DNA of 64,000 nt, taken from contig OZ244621.1 in assembly GCA_965218425.1 (NCBI GenBank), positions 1,248,001 to 1,312,000 of the forward strand, in the 5' to 3' direction. Below are positions 63,541 to 64,000 of this stretch, in pieces. A program made the translations under genes and the position numbers. Numbering within the stretch: position 1 is the first letter of the stretch; each line of letters starts with the position of its first letter. The DNA is from an uncultured Candidatus Binatia bacterium (GTDB lineage Bacteria > Desulfobacterota > Binatia > UBA9968 > CAXXLF01). Below the pieces are notes generated by a model, which worked only from the letters and a program-made list of their open reading frames with translations, was not told the origin of the DNA and did no database searches.

Positions 63541-63893
63541 GCCCTTACTCGTGAGACCTCTCTAATGAAGGTGGATGCTCCGTAAGAAAGCGGCTGGAAG
63601 CAATTAAATACCATCTGCAGGAAAATATCGTATGATCCTGCGATAGTTGTAACTATGAAGAGCATGGGAAAGGAGTGTGCAGATTCGCATCGTTTTCAAA
63701 AAAGGTGCCGAGATATCAAAATTTCTAAGGAGGCCGCGTGGTAGGGACACTCTCATCCTCAACAAGTCGCAACTTTGCAGGCCGGGCCCGGTCGTAAGGA
63801 TGAGCCAAAAGCAAACCCGGTGCGCTTACTTTCACAACACCCCTGACTTGTGGGGACCACCAAAAGACGCTAAGTTGTTGGATTTACAGTCGT

Positions 63894-63988
63894 GGAGAAG
63901 GAAGGTGCCCGGTGGTGCCGCTGGTCTTCAAAACCAGTCTGGGGGTCGTAAGGCTCCCGGAGGGTTCGACTCCCTCCCTTCTCCGCCA
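63894..63988 (+). tRNA. selC: tRNA-Sec (anticodon UCA)
   Basis: GGAGAAGG acceptor pairs with CCTTCTCC-GCCA; CTGGT-CTTCAAA-ACCAG anticodon arm; long variable arm; GTTCGAC T-loop; 95 nt. Confidence 0.97.
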
Positions 63989-64000
63989 AGACTGATTTTT

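Overview
A bacterial chromosomal window with about 55 recognisable genes. The gene repertoire resembles uncultured deltaproteobacteria such as Ca. Binatia, but that is an inference. Housekeeping and metabolic genes include nfo, a paaF-paaG-split paaH-paaJ beta-oxidation block, AsmA, rnr, ggt, msrA, an Fpg-family glycosylase, trmJ, a UvrD helicase and tctAB. The selenocysteine machinery is complete: selA, selB, tRNA-Sec, and a selD that is itself a selenoprotein (in-frame UGA at codon 17, missed by the ORF track). The most notable block is a minus-strand gene run (about 19.9-28.3 kb). It joins Mo-hydroxylase maturation genes (CoxD/CoxE/split XdhC) to an apparently self-contained prenylated-FMN supply cassette: archaeal-type CTP-dependent riboflavin kinase, UbiX, type-2 IPP isomerase and two FMN split-barrel proteins, with no UbiD in view. 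A ZMP/ZTP riboswitch with terminator precedes an aminotransferase-serA-purA operon. Mobile or decaying DNA includes an intact IS630 inserted in a hairpin loop, an internally deleted IS1380, a decayed NotI-type R-M locus and several frameshifted or deleted genes. Non-coding features include a two-locus family of structured repeats and many 7-bp-periodic intergenic repeat mosaics. All calls come from reading motifs by eye; no database searches were run.
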